Of a stretch of 64,000 bases of DNA, positions 19,630-28,708 are shown piece after piece; positions within the stretch are counted from its first letter, which is position 1, and each line of letters starts with the position of its first letter. Made by a program: the position numbers and the translations under genes. Below the pieces are notes generated by a model, which saw nothing but the letters and a program-made list of their open reading frames with translations, was not told where the DNA came from and ran no database searches. The DNA is from Clostridia bacterium (GTDB taxonomy: Bacteria > Bacillota > Clostridia > RGIG7378): assembly GCA_045588325.1 (NCBI GenBank), contig JAZNEA010000102.1, positions 1,348 through 65,347 on the forward strand, in the 5' to 3' direction.

Positions 19630-21088
19630 TACACAATTCCTCCCATGCCTGTCTGGTGATTATGCGCTCGTCAAAGGGTATTGTCCTGTCGCCGAACATC
19701 TGATATGTCTCCTGGCCTTTGCCAGCCAGAATCACAACATCCCCCGGCAAAGCAACACTAAGAGCGTACTTAATAGCCTGACGCCTGTCTGTAATCCTCA
19801 CATACTTACCATGAGTCTCTCTGGCGCCCTCCTCAATCATATCAATAATGGAATCTGGATCCTCTGTTCTGGGATTGTCTGAGGTAATGACAGACAGGTC
19901 TGCCAGTCCACAGCTGATACGACCCATTTGAGGTCTCTTTCCATGGTCTCTGTCGCCTCCGCAGCCAAACAAACAAATCACACGTCCCTTTGTCACATCC
20001 TTAAGCGCCTTGAGAACATTCTCCAGGCTATCAGGTGTGTGGGCATAGTCAATCAAAACCTTAAATGGAGCATCGATAGAGACCTCTTCCAGTCGTCCAG
20101 GCACGCAAACCCTGCCTACAGCCTTTGCTGCTGTCTCGAGCGGGATGCCTCTGATACAGCATGCACTGACCGCTGCCATGATATTGTATATATTGAACAT
20201 TCCCTGGAGGTTAGTGTTAATTTCTGCACTGCCCCAGGGCGTGTTTATGACAAAGCTCATGCCCAGAGCCTCTGTTTTGATGTTTGTTGGATAGATGTCA
20301 GCCTCATTCATTGACATCTTGTATGTGGGACACTCCGCCATATCGAGAATCCTCTCGCCATATGGAGAATCAATATTTACAATTGCCTGCTTGCACATTG
20401 AGAAAAGCTTAGCCTTTGACAGGAAATAATCCTCCATATCCGGATGCTCTCTCTCGGTGATGTGGTCTCTGGTGAGATTCATAAAGATGCCTGTCTCATA
20501 CTCTGTGTAGGCAACTCGGCTGAGCTTAAGAGCTTGGGATGTAACCTCCATAACGGCATCCTGTGCTCCCCTCTCCTGCATGTAGGTAAAGGTGTATTGC
20601 AAGTCGCAAGATTCGGGGGTGGTAGGTGTGCTCCTGCCTGTGTTGATCTTATCGCTGGCAATATAATTGCCCAAGGTTCCGATCATTCCTGTGGTATATC
20701 CCAGAGAATTGAGTATAGACCAGTAGATATATGCCGTGGTTGTTTTGCCCTTGGTGCCGGTAATTCCCAGTAAATGCATGTTGCGGGATGGATTGTCATA
20801 CATCTCACAAGCTACGGCTGCCATGGCCTTTCTGCTGTCTGGCACCTTAACTGCTGTGACTCCCTGTGGCACCTCTATATCTCTGGTGATGAGGCAGGCA
20901 CTGGCACCAGCCGCTACCGCATCTGCCAAATACTTGTGTCCATCTGTAGAAAACCCGTCTATGCAGACAAATAATGTGCCCGGTCCACACCTTCTGGAAT
21001 CAAAGGTGACAGAAGACACCTGGCAATCCCGGTCTCCTACGATATATTCAACATCCACTCTCTTTAGCAAATCGATAAGCCTTGGCAT
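19619..21088 (-). CDS. murE: UDP-N-acetylmuramoyl-L-alanyl-D-glutamate--2,6-diaminopimelate ligase
   Basis: 489 aa Mur ligase with the P-loop GITGTKGKTTT. A DNPR motif (ITSDNPR) indicates meso-DAP specificity. Confidence 0.9.
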   Translation of the reverse strand: MPRLIDLLKRVDVEYIVGDRDCQVSSVTFDSRRCGPGTLFVCIDGFSTDGHKYLADAVAAGASACLITRDIEVPQGVTAVKVPDSRKAMAAVACEMYDNPSRNMHLLGITGTKGKTTTAYIYWSILNSLGYTTGMIGTLGNYIASDKINTGRSTPTTPESCDLQYTFTYMQERGAQDAVMEVTSQALKLSRVAYTEYETGIFMNLTRDHITEREHPDMEDYFLSKAKLFSMCKQAIVNIDSPYGERILDMAECPTYKMSMNEADIYPTNIKTEALGMSFVINTPWGSAEINTNLQGMFNIYNIMAAVSACCIRGIPLETAAKAVGRVCVPGRLEEVSIDAPFKVLIDYAHTPDSLENVLKALKDVTKGRVICLFGCGGDRDHGKRPQMGRISCGLADLSVITSDNPRTEDPDSIIDMIEEGARETHGKYVRITDRRQAIKYALSVALPGDVVILAGKGQETYQMFGDRTIPFDERIITRQAWEELCNER

Positions 21089-21098
21089 ATTTCCCCCG

Positions 21099-23408
21099 CT
21101 AGTCAGAAACGTTAACTCTAAAGTCTACTTTAATAACAGTTCCCATTGTTACAGTCTCTCCGTACTGTATGCTCTGTTCCTCTGCAGTACCTCTGCCGCT
21201 GACCTCGATGTTAAGGCCTATTGAGTGAAGAGCTCTGCATGCCTCGTCAATGGTCATAGACGAAAGGTTGGGCACTGTAACTGTCTGATCCTCTGTGTAA
21301 CCCTCTGTGTACAGAACAACGATAGATCCGCTGGTGAGGTTTGATCCTGCCTCGGGCACCTGGCGTGCGATTACGGCATCAGAGGCTGTAGAACCAACAA
21401 TTTTGGCTGTGAGGCCTATGCTGGAAAGCTTAGCCTGAGCCTCTGCAACAGTCAGCTCCTCCAAAACGGGTACTGTGACCAAACTACCCATTTTAACAAC
21501 ATCCTTGTCGGAGTATTCCCTCTCAACACCCATATATTCCAGTATCTCTTCTACAATCTTGCCTGCTGTAGGAGCTGCAACCTTGGAGCCATAGTAGCTA
21601 TCTCCCTGTGGGTTTTTGAGGATAACGAGAACGCAAACCTCTGGATCATCTGCAGGTGCAATGGCTGAGAAGGATGCGATGTATTCTCCTGCTACCAGGG
21701 TCTCGGATGTACCTGTCTTGCCTGCAACTCTATATCCTGCAACGTATGCATTACCGCCTCCGCCTTCGCTGACAACGCCCTCCAACAGATCCAAAATGGT
21801 CTGAGAAGTCTCCTTTGAAATAATCTGTCTGACAACATTGCGGGAATTGGACTCAATAACATTGCCCTTAGAGTCCATTACGGAACTAACCACATAGGGT
21901 TCCAACAGATATCCGCCATTTGCAATGGCAGCATAGGCAGTAATGAGCTGTATGGGAGTAATCGTAAATCTCTGTCCAAAGGATGCGGTCGCCATGTTAA
22001 TCTCTGTGGGATTAGCGTGGAACAAGCTGTTGCCCTCACCTGGCAGGTCGATTCCGGTCCTGTCGTAAAATCCAAATCCTCTGACGTATTTGTAAAAATT
22101 ATCTATGCCAATAACCTGTGACAGGCGAACGAAAACAGGGTTACAAGAGTTATACACACCATGGGCAAAATCCTCTGTGCCGTGATGTGCCAGATGCCAA
22201 CAATTGATTGTAAAGCCACTCATCTCGATGGGGCTGCAGCTAACCGTCGTAGATGGCAATATTGACCCCTTCTCCAGACCGATGGCTGCAACGATTGCCT
22301 TAAACGTTGATCCAGGCTCGTATGTATCTGTTATGGCGTTGATCTTCCATCTCTCGATAAGCGCGGCACTCTGTTCTGTCTGAGTCATGCTGCCCCACGC
22401 ATCAGCAGATATATCCAATGGCATAGCAAAAGGATCATTGGGATCAAAATCGGGATAGCTGGCCATGCCAAGAACAGCACCTGTGTTAGGATTCATAACA
22501 ACAACGGTGCCGCCATCCTCTATCTGGTATTTCTCAATGGCCTCCTTGAGGTTCTGCTGAATAATATACTGAATATTGACGTCGATAGTGGTCTGAATGC
22601 TGTAGCCATCCTCAGCAGGTATGTAGTACTCATAGCTGTCGGGAATGTCCCTCTCCAAACCATCTGTCAGGTAGACAATTCTGCCTGAAGTGCCCTGCAA
22701 ATACTTGTCATATTTGGCCTCAAGACCATAGAGTCCCTGATTGTCTGTGCCTGTGAACCCGATAAGCTGTGATGCCAGAGATCCGTATGGGTACAATCTG
22801 CTGTTGTCCTCATCCACATTGACACCTGAGGTTATATTGAGCTCATCCAGCAACTTGATAATCTTATCTCCAACCTCGGGCTGAACCTTTCTCTTGATGA
22901 TCTCGTAGTTGGAGTTCCTCTCCACGTATTTCATCAATTCTGAATATTCCATTTCCAGAATATTACAAAGGCCGTCAAGCAGGGCCTGCTTGCGGTCTAC
23001 AACTATCTCCGGGGTCTCCGGCTCCGTCTCCTCCTGGACAGTATCCTTGCCAAATACGCCCTTAATCCAGTTCCAGATATTGGCGCCAAGGTCACTTAAA
23101 ACATTGCCCTCGCTCTTGGAAATCTGCTGAGAAGCCTCGTTGGATATACTCTTGATAGTTTGTGGGTTAATAGAAATGGTAACAGTAGCATCGCTCTGCG
23201 CCAAAACGTTAAACTTGCTATCGTATATGATGCCGCGCTTGGCGGAAATCGTCCTCTCTCTGGTCTGATTAGCCGCAGCCTTACGGGAATAGTACTCACC
23301 ATCAATCAGCTGCACCTGTACCAATCTGCCCACGCAAATAAGCACCAGCAACAGAAATATGCCAGTTGACATGAGTATTCTTTTGCGCTTTGTAAGTGTG
23401 GAATTCAT
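21099..23408 (-). CDS. Class B penicillin-binding protein (FtsI/SpoVD-like) with C-terminal PASTA domains
   Basis: 769 aa with an N-terminal TM helix, a dimerisation domain, a transpeptidase domain (STFK, SCN and KTGT motifs present) and two PASTA repeats at the C-terminus. Confidence 0.9.
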   Translation of the reverse strand: MNSTLTKRKRILMSTGIFLLLVLICVGRLVQVQLIDGEYYSRKAAANQTRERTISAKRGIIYDSKFNVLAQSDATVTISINPQTIKSISNEASQQISKSEGNVLSDLGANIWNWIKGVFGKDTVQEETEPETPEIVVDRKQALLDGLCNILEMEYSELMKYVERNSNYEIIKRKVQPEVGDKIIKLLDELNITSGVNVDEDNSRLYPYGSLASQLIGFTGTDNQGLYGLEAKYDKYLQGTSGRIVYLTDGLERDIPDSYEYYIPAEDGYSIQTTIDVNIQYIIQQNLKEAIEKYQIEDGGTVVVMNPNTGAVLGMASYPDFDPNDPFAMPLDISADAWGSMTQTEQSAALIERWKINAITDTYEPGSTFKAIVAAIGLEKGSILPSTTVSCSPIEMSGFTINCWHLAHHGTEDFAHGVYNSCNPVFVRLSQVIGIDNFYKYVRGFGFYDRTGIDLPGEGNSLFHANPTEINMATASFGQRFTITPIQLITAYAAIANGGYLLEPYVVSSVMDSKGNVIESNSRNVVRQIISKETSQTILDLLEGVVSEGGGGNAYVAGYRVAGKTGTSETLVAGEYIASFSAIAPADDPEVCVLVILKNPQGDSYYGSKVAAPTAGKIVEEILEYMGVEREYSDKDVVKMGSLVTVPVLEELTVAEAQAKLSSIGLTAKIVGSTASDAVIARQVPEAGSNLTSGSIVVLYTEGYTEDQTVTVPNLSSMTIDEACRALHSIGLNIEVSGRGTAEEQSIQYGETVTMGTVIKVDFRVNVSD

Positions 23409-23458
23409 TAAAAACCTGCTCTATTTGCTCAAATAATATATGTCACAGACCGGCAACA

Positions 23459-24331
23459 TTATTCCGTGAGCAAACTCCACAGGTTAGTAGCAAAAACGCG
23501 AAGCTGTGATCCAAATGTTCCAGCATCACTTGTCTCAGCGGAATATGTATCAGACACCACAGTGTAATCCAACCTGTCAGGTGTAACGCTGTTGACCTGG
23601 TATGTGTAGGGAGTGTGGAGATTGGCCTCTCCAGTCAAAATTGCACCCTCCTCCATAAGCATACTCTTTATTTCACTTAATGCAAGTGTATAGGATACAT
23701 TTAATTTCTGTGTGCTCTCGCGGATTTCAGCTATTTCAGACTGCATTTCCATTGTCTGTATGACGTAATTATCTGCCACAAGGCCTACTGCCACACCCAG
23801 GAAAATAGTCACTGCGCAAAAGATGATGCCCAGAGACAAAACCAGCTTGATAAGCGGATTAGCTCGCTGTGCAGGCTTATCTCCAGGGATAACGCGGATA
23901 CGCCTCTTAGGCTGTTTTGTGGGCTCCTGAGTATGCTGTGGTACCTCCTCAGGTGCAACTACTGTTGCTACGTTGCCATAGGTATACTCCACTGGCTCCC
24001 CAGTTCTGAGGCTATCGAGGAACAAAGGTCTGCTCTCCCTCTCCTTATCAAAGTTGAAGGAGTTCATGTACTCGCCTCTCTCCATATTCATGCTTGGGGA
24101 AATGCGGCCAGAAGTCCTGGCAATATTTACAGAATCTCTTGTATTCTGCTTAAGAAGTCTGAGGCTGGGATCGATTTCGTCCTCTCTCATTCTTCTGTAG
24201 TAAGTCTCTGTGGCTCTGCCGTGGACAGTGTCTCTGCTAGTATTGGAGTAGGCAGAATTAGAATAGCGAACTTCTCTCTCGCTATGGCTTGTCCTGTTTA
24301 CTTGTGTCCTCTCTCTCAATACCGTTGACAT
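23459..24331 (-). CDS. FtsL-like cell division protein with an unusually long N-terminal cytoplasmic extension
   Basis: 290 aa. The dcw cluster position (between rsmH and the PBP) suggests FtsL. A single TM helix (LIKLVLSLGIIFCAVTIFLGVAVGLV) is followed by a short coiled coil. The first ~160 aa are a low-complexity R/S/T/Y/E-rich region with no counterpart in canonical ~120-aa FtsL. Confidence 0.45.
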   Translation of the reverse strand: MSTVLRERTQVNRTSHSEREVRYSNSAYSNTSRDTVHGRATETYYRRMREDEIDPSLRLLKQNTRDSVNIARTSGRISPSMNMERGEYMNSFNFDKERESRPLFLDSLRTGEPVEYTYGNVATVVAPEEVPQHTQEPTKQPKRRIRVIPGDKPAQRANPLIKLVLSLGIIFCAVTIFLGVAVGLVADNYVIQTMEMQSEIAEIRESTQKLNVSYTLALSEIKSMLMEEGAILTGEANLHTPYTYQVNSVTPDRLDYTVVSDTYSAETSDAGTFGSQLRVFATNLWSLLTE

Positions 24332-24340
24332 TTTGTCCCT

Positions 24341-25285
24341 CTATTTTATCTTCTCTATTATTCTCAGCTTGGCACTTCTGGATCTGGGGTTTATGTCCAG
24401 CTCCCTTTGGTCAGCCACGATGGGCTTTCCGGTGACCTTGCTGTATTCCTTAACCTTTCCGCACACGCAGATTGGAAAATCTGGCGGGCAGGTACAGGGG
24501 TTGTCTAGTTTCTCAAAGGCCTTTTTTATCAGCCTGTCCTCCAGTGAATGGAAGGATATAACGCATATTCTGCCGCCAACATTCATGCACTTTGATGCAT
24601 CCTCTATGGTGGCCGGCACAACTCCAAGCTCGTTGTTTACCTCAATCCTCAGTGCCTGGAATATCTGCCTTGCAGGATGTCCCTGCCTCCTGAACTTGGC
24701 TGGAGTAGCATTTGCAACACACTCTGCCAGGTCCAACGTGGTTTCGAATTCGCATCGCTCTCTCCTGCGCACTATTGCGGAGGTGATTGCATTTGCGTAT
24801 GTAACCTCGCCGTACTCTCTGAACACCCTGTTCAGCTCATCAGGAGCATATTGGTTAACCACATCTGCCGCCGTCATTCCGACGGATTGGTTCATCCTCA
24901 TGTCCAGTGGACCATCCTTCTGATAGGAGAATCCCCTCTCACTCTCATCGAATTGGTGTGACGAAACTCCCATATCTATGAGAACTCCGTCCAGGCCAGC
25001 TATCCCTGCCTCAGTCACGATGCTGCCTATTTCAGAATAATTTCTGTTGGCATATATGACTGTGTTGTCCCCCTTGATGGGCTCTAACCTTTCCTTGGCA
25101 GTCCTGAGGGCTACAGGGTCTCTGTCAACAGCAATCAGTGTTCCTCCTTTGAGTCTCTTTAGGATCTGAGTGCTGTGTCCTGCTCCTCCGACAGTTCCGT
25201 CCAAATAAACGCCGTCTGGTTTAATGTTTAATCCCTCAATGCACTGGTCGAGCATTACGGGGATGTGTTCAAAGCGTGTCATCAT
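24341..25285 (-). CDS. rsmH: 16S rRNA (cytosine1402-N4)-methyltransferase
   Basis: MraW/RsmH family (…DGTVGGAGHS…). The start was trimmed to the MMTRFEHIPVM start, which overlaps the 3' end of mraZ. Confidence 0.9.
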   Translation of the reverse strand: MMTRFEHIPVMLDQCIEGLNIKPDGVYLDGTVGGAGHSTQILKRLKGGTLIAVDRDPVALRTAKERLEPIKGDNTVIYANRNYSEIGSIVTEAGIAGLDGVLIDMGVSSHQFDESERGFSYQKDGPLDMRMNQSVGMTAADVVNQYAPDELNRVFREYGEVTYANAITSAIVRRRERCEFETTLDLAECVANATPAKFRRQGHPARQIFQALRIEVNNELGVVPATIEDASKCMNVGGRICVISFHSLEDRLIKKAFEKLDNPCTCPPDFPICVCGKVKEYSKVTGKPIVADQRELDINPRSRSAKLRIIEKIK

Positions 25286-25745
25286 CGTCTCTGTGCTTGA
25301 AGATCTTGTACTTAGATGCCAGGGACTGAATGTTCTCAACATCCTTGCCTGCCTTGCGCCTGTCATACATCTCTCTGGTCCAAATCTTGGCCTTGTCTCC
25401 ATCACCTGTGATAACGATCTCGTCACCCATATTGAATCTATTGCGGAGATTCGGTGGGATTGTGAATCGTCCCGTCTTGTCCGTCTCCACGTCGTAGCTG
25501 TTGTTGAAGATGTAATCTCTCAGGATCTCTACACCCTCATCTGCCTCATCAGCCAGCTCCTCAATATTGGCTGCAATCTCGTCGTATCTCTCCTCGGGGT
25601 AAATGACCATGTGGTCGTTGCTAAGGCCAAGGCCCACAACTACGTTCTCTCCCAATACGTCACGAAACCGAGCAGGTAAATATGTCCTGCCCTTTTGGTC
25701 AACGGTGTGAGTGTATTCACCTTTCAGCCAATAGCGTCGTGCCAT
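25269..25745 (-). CDS. mraZ: Transcriptional regulator MraZ
   Basis: 158 aa with two MraZ/SpoVT-AbrB repeats. It is the first gene of the dcw cluster. Confidence 0.9.
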   Translation of the reverse strand: MARRYWLKGEYTHTVDQKGRTYLPARFRDVLGENVVVGLGLSNDHMVIYPEERYDEIAANIEELADEADEGVEILRDYIFNNSYDVETDKTGRFTIPPNLRNRFNMGDEIVITGDGDKAKIWTREMYDRRKAGKDVENIQSLASKYKIFKHRDDDDTL

Positions 25746-25819
25746 TTGAAATTCACCTATTTAATCCACTAAGTCATCTTTTGTCGGGAAATCTATCCTC
25801 AATCCCCCTCGTTAGGCCT

Positions 25820-25848
25820 ATTATAAGCCTAATCCATGCTTGATGCAA
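25820..25848 (-). promoter_or_regulatory. Candidate sigma-A promoter of the mraZ/dcw operon
   Basis: On the minus strand: TTGCAT, a 17-nt spacer, then TATAAT, about 70 nt upstream of the mraZ ATG. Confidence 0.5.
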
Positions 25849-25983
25849 TAGTTTTCAGGCTGTTTCTTAACTATTTTTTCGCCAAATTTCCTTTGAATTG
25901 TCTTGTTTTTGCTGGTGGTGGCGGAAAGTGGATAGAAATCCACAGAATTTTTCAAATAGCCATTATTTTTTCAACAAGAGCAC

Positions 25984-26010
25984 AAAAAAACCGCCCTGTC
26001 CGGACGGTTT
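25984..26010 (-). terminator. Intrinsic terminator downstream of the response-regulator gene
   Basis: Minus-strand hairpin AACCGTCC-GGACA-GGGCGGTT followed by T7. Confidence 0.6.
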
Positions 26011-26035
26011 CTCCTCTTTAAAAATTGATATTCGA

Positions 26036-26773
26036 TTAGTTGCGCAATGAATTCCGATACTCGTTGGCACTCATGCCTGCTATTTTCTTAAAGCTTCTGG
26101 CAAAATGAGCAGAGTCAGAATACCCCACCAGCTCACCAACGTTGCTCACCTTGTGCTGTGGCTGTGCCAACAATAGCTTTGCCTGCTCTATACGGATGCT
26201 GTTAAGTATGTCAGAAAAGCTCTTGCCCGCATATTTGTTAAGCAATTTTGACAGATGCCACTGAGATACGTAACAACTGTCTGCTACAGTCTGCAGCGTA
26301 AGTTTCTGCGCGTAATTGTCCTGCATATAGCTAATCGCCTGATTAACAATAAAACTGTTGGCCACGCCCTGCTCCTCACCCAGCTTTTCTGGTGGTAGCT
26401 TATCCAGACGGGATACCATTGTCTCCAAAGCCTCTTTTATATCATCTAACTTAGAAGGCTTAAGAAGGAACCTGGTAACTCCCAGTCGTATTGCCTCCTG
26501 CGCATATGCAAAATCCCTATACCCTGTCAGTACCGATACCTGCATGTCTGGAAACTCACTCCTGAGGCCAGCCACCATGCTCAGGCCATCACAACCAGGC
26601 ATGTTTATATCGGTGATCAATATGTTAGGCTGTAGTCTGCGGATTATCTCCGCACCCTCCTTGCCATCTCCCGCAGTGCCAACTACCTGCAAATGGTAGT
26701 CCTCCCAGTTGATAACTCGGCTAAGTCCCTCTAGTATAATATTCTCATCATCTATCAAAACAACCCGATACAT
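26036..26773 (-). CDS. Two-component response regulator, CheY receiver + AraC-type HTH (YesN-like)
   Basis: 245 aa. The receiver domain has conserved Asp residues (LIDDE…ITDINMPG). The C-terminal AraC/XylS HTH is …SQWHLSKLLNKYAGKSF…DSAHFARSFKK. Confidence 0.85.
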   Translation of the reverse strand: MYRVVLIDDENIILEGLSRVINWEDYHLQVVGTAGDGKEGAEIIRRLQPNILITDINMPGCDGLSMVAGLRSEFPDMQVSVLTGYRDFAYAQEAIRLGVTRFLLKPSKLDDIKEALETMVSRLDKLPPEKLGEEQGVANSFIVNQAISYMQDNYAQKLTLQTVADSCYVSQWHLSKLLNKYAGKSFSDILNSIRIEQAKLLLAQPQHKVSNVGELVGYSDSAHFARSFKKIAGMSANEYRNSLRN

Positions 26774-26830
26774 TCCCTACTCCCCTGTATCAATAATCCC
26801 TGGGAATTTTCTCTCAAAAAGCCACAAAAA

Positions 26831-27703
26831 TCAACCCTTAATGGCCCCGGCAGTAAGTCCCTTGATAATATGTTTCTGCAGCAAGACGTATACTACAAGA
26901 ACAGGTATTACAACCAACACCACTGACGATGCCATTAAACCATAATTGACGCCAGCCTGGGAGCTGATCTCATTCAACAGTCCGGTAATAGTTCTCTCCT
27001 GAGGATATCTCAGGAAAAACGACTGTGTAAAAAGATCATTGTAACTCCATAAGAATGAGAATATGGCAACTGTGGCAAAAGATGACTTGGCCGTGGGAAC
27101 AATAATCTTAAAGAACACCTGGAATATATTACATCCATCCAAATAGGCGCTCTCCTCCAATTCTACCGGAACAGACTGTATAAATCCCATCAGAATAATG
27201 ATTGCGAAACATAAGTTTCCTGCGATCTGAGGCAAAATGGTAGCCAAAATGCTGAGCCAACGATTACCCGTTCCTGCAATTCCCATTATGACCTCCATGC
27301 GAAAGACAGGAATAATCGTAGAAAACACAGGGAACATCATACCTGCCGTTATCATGCTGCACAGAAATTTGCGTCCCTTAAATCTATAACGCACCAATCC
27401 ATATGCCGCCAGACCTGCTATTACAATAACTGACACCGTAACTGCACCAGAAATTATAAAGCTGTTCAGATATGCATTTTTAAAGTCCGACCTCTCCATG
27501 GCGGTGATGTAGTTATCCCACGTAAATGCCTCACCCAACGGCAGTGAGAAAGAGTCACTGAGAATGAGTCCCTTTTGTCTGAACGAATTAATAATTACCC
27601 AGATAAAAGGATATAATGTTGTGAATCCCCACAGAATCAGAACAAGATATATAATTGCTTTGGAAATTGAAAACTTCTTAATCCTCATTGTTATACACCT
27701 CAA
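26831..27703 (-). CDS. Carbohydrate ABC transporter permease (MalG/UgpE-like)
   Basis: 290 aa with 6 TM helices and an EAA-loop motif (EESAYLDGCNIFQVFFKIIVP). Confidence 0.85.
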   Translation of the reverse strand: MRCITMRIKKFSISKAIIYLVLILWGFTTLYPFIWVIINSFRQKGLILSDSFSLPLGEAFTWDNYITAMERSDFKNAYLNSFIISGAVTVSVIVIAGLAAYGLVRYRFKGRKFLCSMITAGMMFPVFSTIIPVFRMEVIMGIAGTGNRWLSILATILPQIAGNLCFAIIILMGFIQSVPVELEESAYLDGCNIFQVFFKIIVPTAKSSFATVAIFSFLWSYNDLFTQSFFLRYPQERTITGLLNEISSQAGVNYGLMASSVVLVVIPVLVVYVLLQKHIIKGLTAGAIKG

Positions 27704-28626
27704 TAATCCTCAGTCTGTTTGAAAACCCTGGTTGCCACATTGGACATCACAACTCCCAGCACAACAATCAGAACAGCAATAGCTGATCCGTAATCCACAT
27801 TCATCTTGTTAAACGTCTGGTCGTACATGTATGTGCCGGTCAGCCAGCCCATATTCTCTGGCATACCAGCTCCGAACATTACCCACGGCAAATCAAATAC
27901 CTTAAGGGATCCTGTTATTGCCAGTACTAAACAGGTACACAATACATTTCTAAGCAATGGCAGTGTGATGTATCGTATTTTTTTGAGCCCCGAAGCGCCA
28001 TCAATCTCTGCTGCCTCAAAAAGTTCTGTGGGTATATTGTTAAGTCCCGTTATTATAATCACGAAATAGAATCCCACATACTGCCATATTACCGGCGAAA
28101 ACATGGTCAGCAAAAAATGCTTTGCGTCCTTCCAGTCTATCCAATCGACAATCATCTTGCCATTGGCCTTAAGCTCATAATCCAACTCCCCTATGTTCAA
28201 CAATAACTGATTAATCATGCCTCCTTTGTACAGGAAGATCAGATTGAACATAAGTCCCAAGGCAGTAGCAGATATAACAATCGGGAAAAAGTAAACCGTC
28301 CTAAAAATTTGCCCACCAACTCTGATAGAATCCACCATCAGCGCCAGCACCAGGGCGATGCCCACCTGAAACACAACAGTACACACCGTCAAAACCAAAG
28401 TGTTTTTAAGTGCTGTCAGCAAGTTTGGATCAGAAAAAAGCTTTTGGTAATTTGCAAACCATGGGTCATTCCATCCAGTTGCAGGTCGGCCGAGACCTTC
28501 GATATCCATGAACGTATTTATAATGTTCTGCAAAAATGGGTAGTACAGATATACAATTAGGAACAGGAAGGCCGGAATCAGGAACACCAATAAAGGTGTT
28601 TTTTTCTTATAAATCATTGAATTCAT
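27700..28626 (-). CDS. Carbohydrate ABC transporter permease (MalF/UgpA-like)
   Basis: 308 aa with an EAA loop (FEAAEIDGASGLKKIRYITLP). It overlaps the downstream permease gene by 4 nt. Confidence 0.85.
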   Translation of the reverse strand: MNSMIYKKKTPLLVFLIPAFLFLIVYLYYPFLQNIINTFMDIEGLGRPATGWNDPWFANYQKLFSDPNLLTALKNTLVLTVCTVVFQVGIALVLALMVDSIRVGGQIFRTVYFFPIVISATALGLMFNLIFLYKGGMINQLLLNIGELDYELKANGKMIVDWIDWKDAKHFLLTMFSPVIWQYVGFYFVIIITGLNNIPTELFEAAEIDGASGLKKIRYITLPLLRNVLCTCLVLAITGSLKVFDLPWVMFGAGMPENMGWLTGTYMYDQTFNKMNVDYGSAIAVLIVVLGVVMSNVATRVFKQTEDY

Positions 28627-28650
28627 GATTGCACCATCCGTTTATATAGA

Positions 28651-28682
28651 TTGAGGCTGCCACCACGATGCGGCAGCCTCAA
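28651..28682 (-). promoter_or_regulatory. Intercistronic GC-rich stem-loop between the SBP and permease genes
   Basis: Perfect 11-bp inverted repeat TTGAGGCTGCC…GGCAGCCTCAA, 27 nt after the SBP stop. This is typical of the mRNA-stabilising or partial-terminator hairpins that raise SBP:permease ratios in ABC operons. Confidence 0.5.
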
Positions 28683-28708
28683 AAGAGGAAACATTAGCTT
28701 GACTTAGC

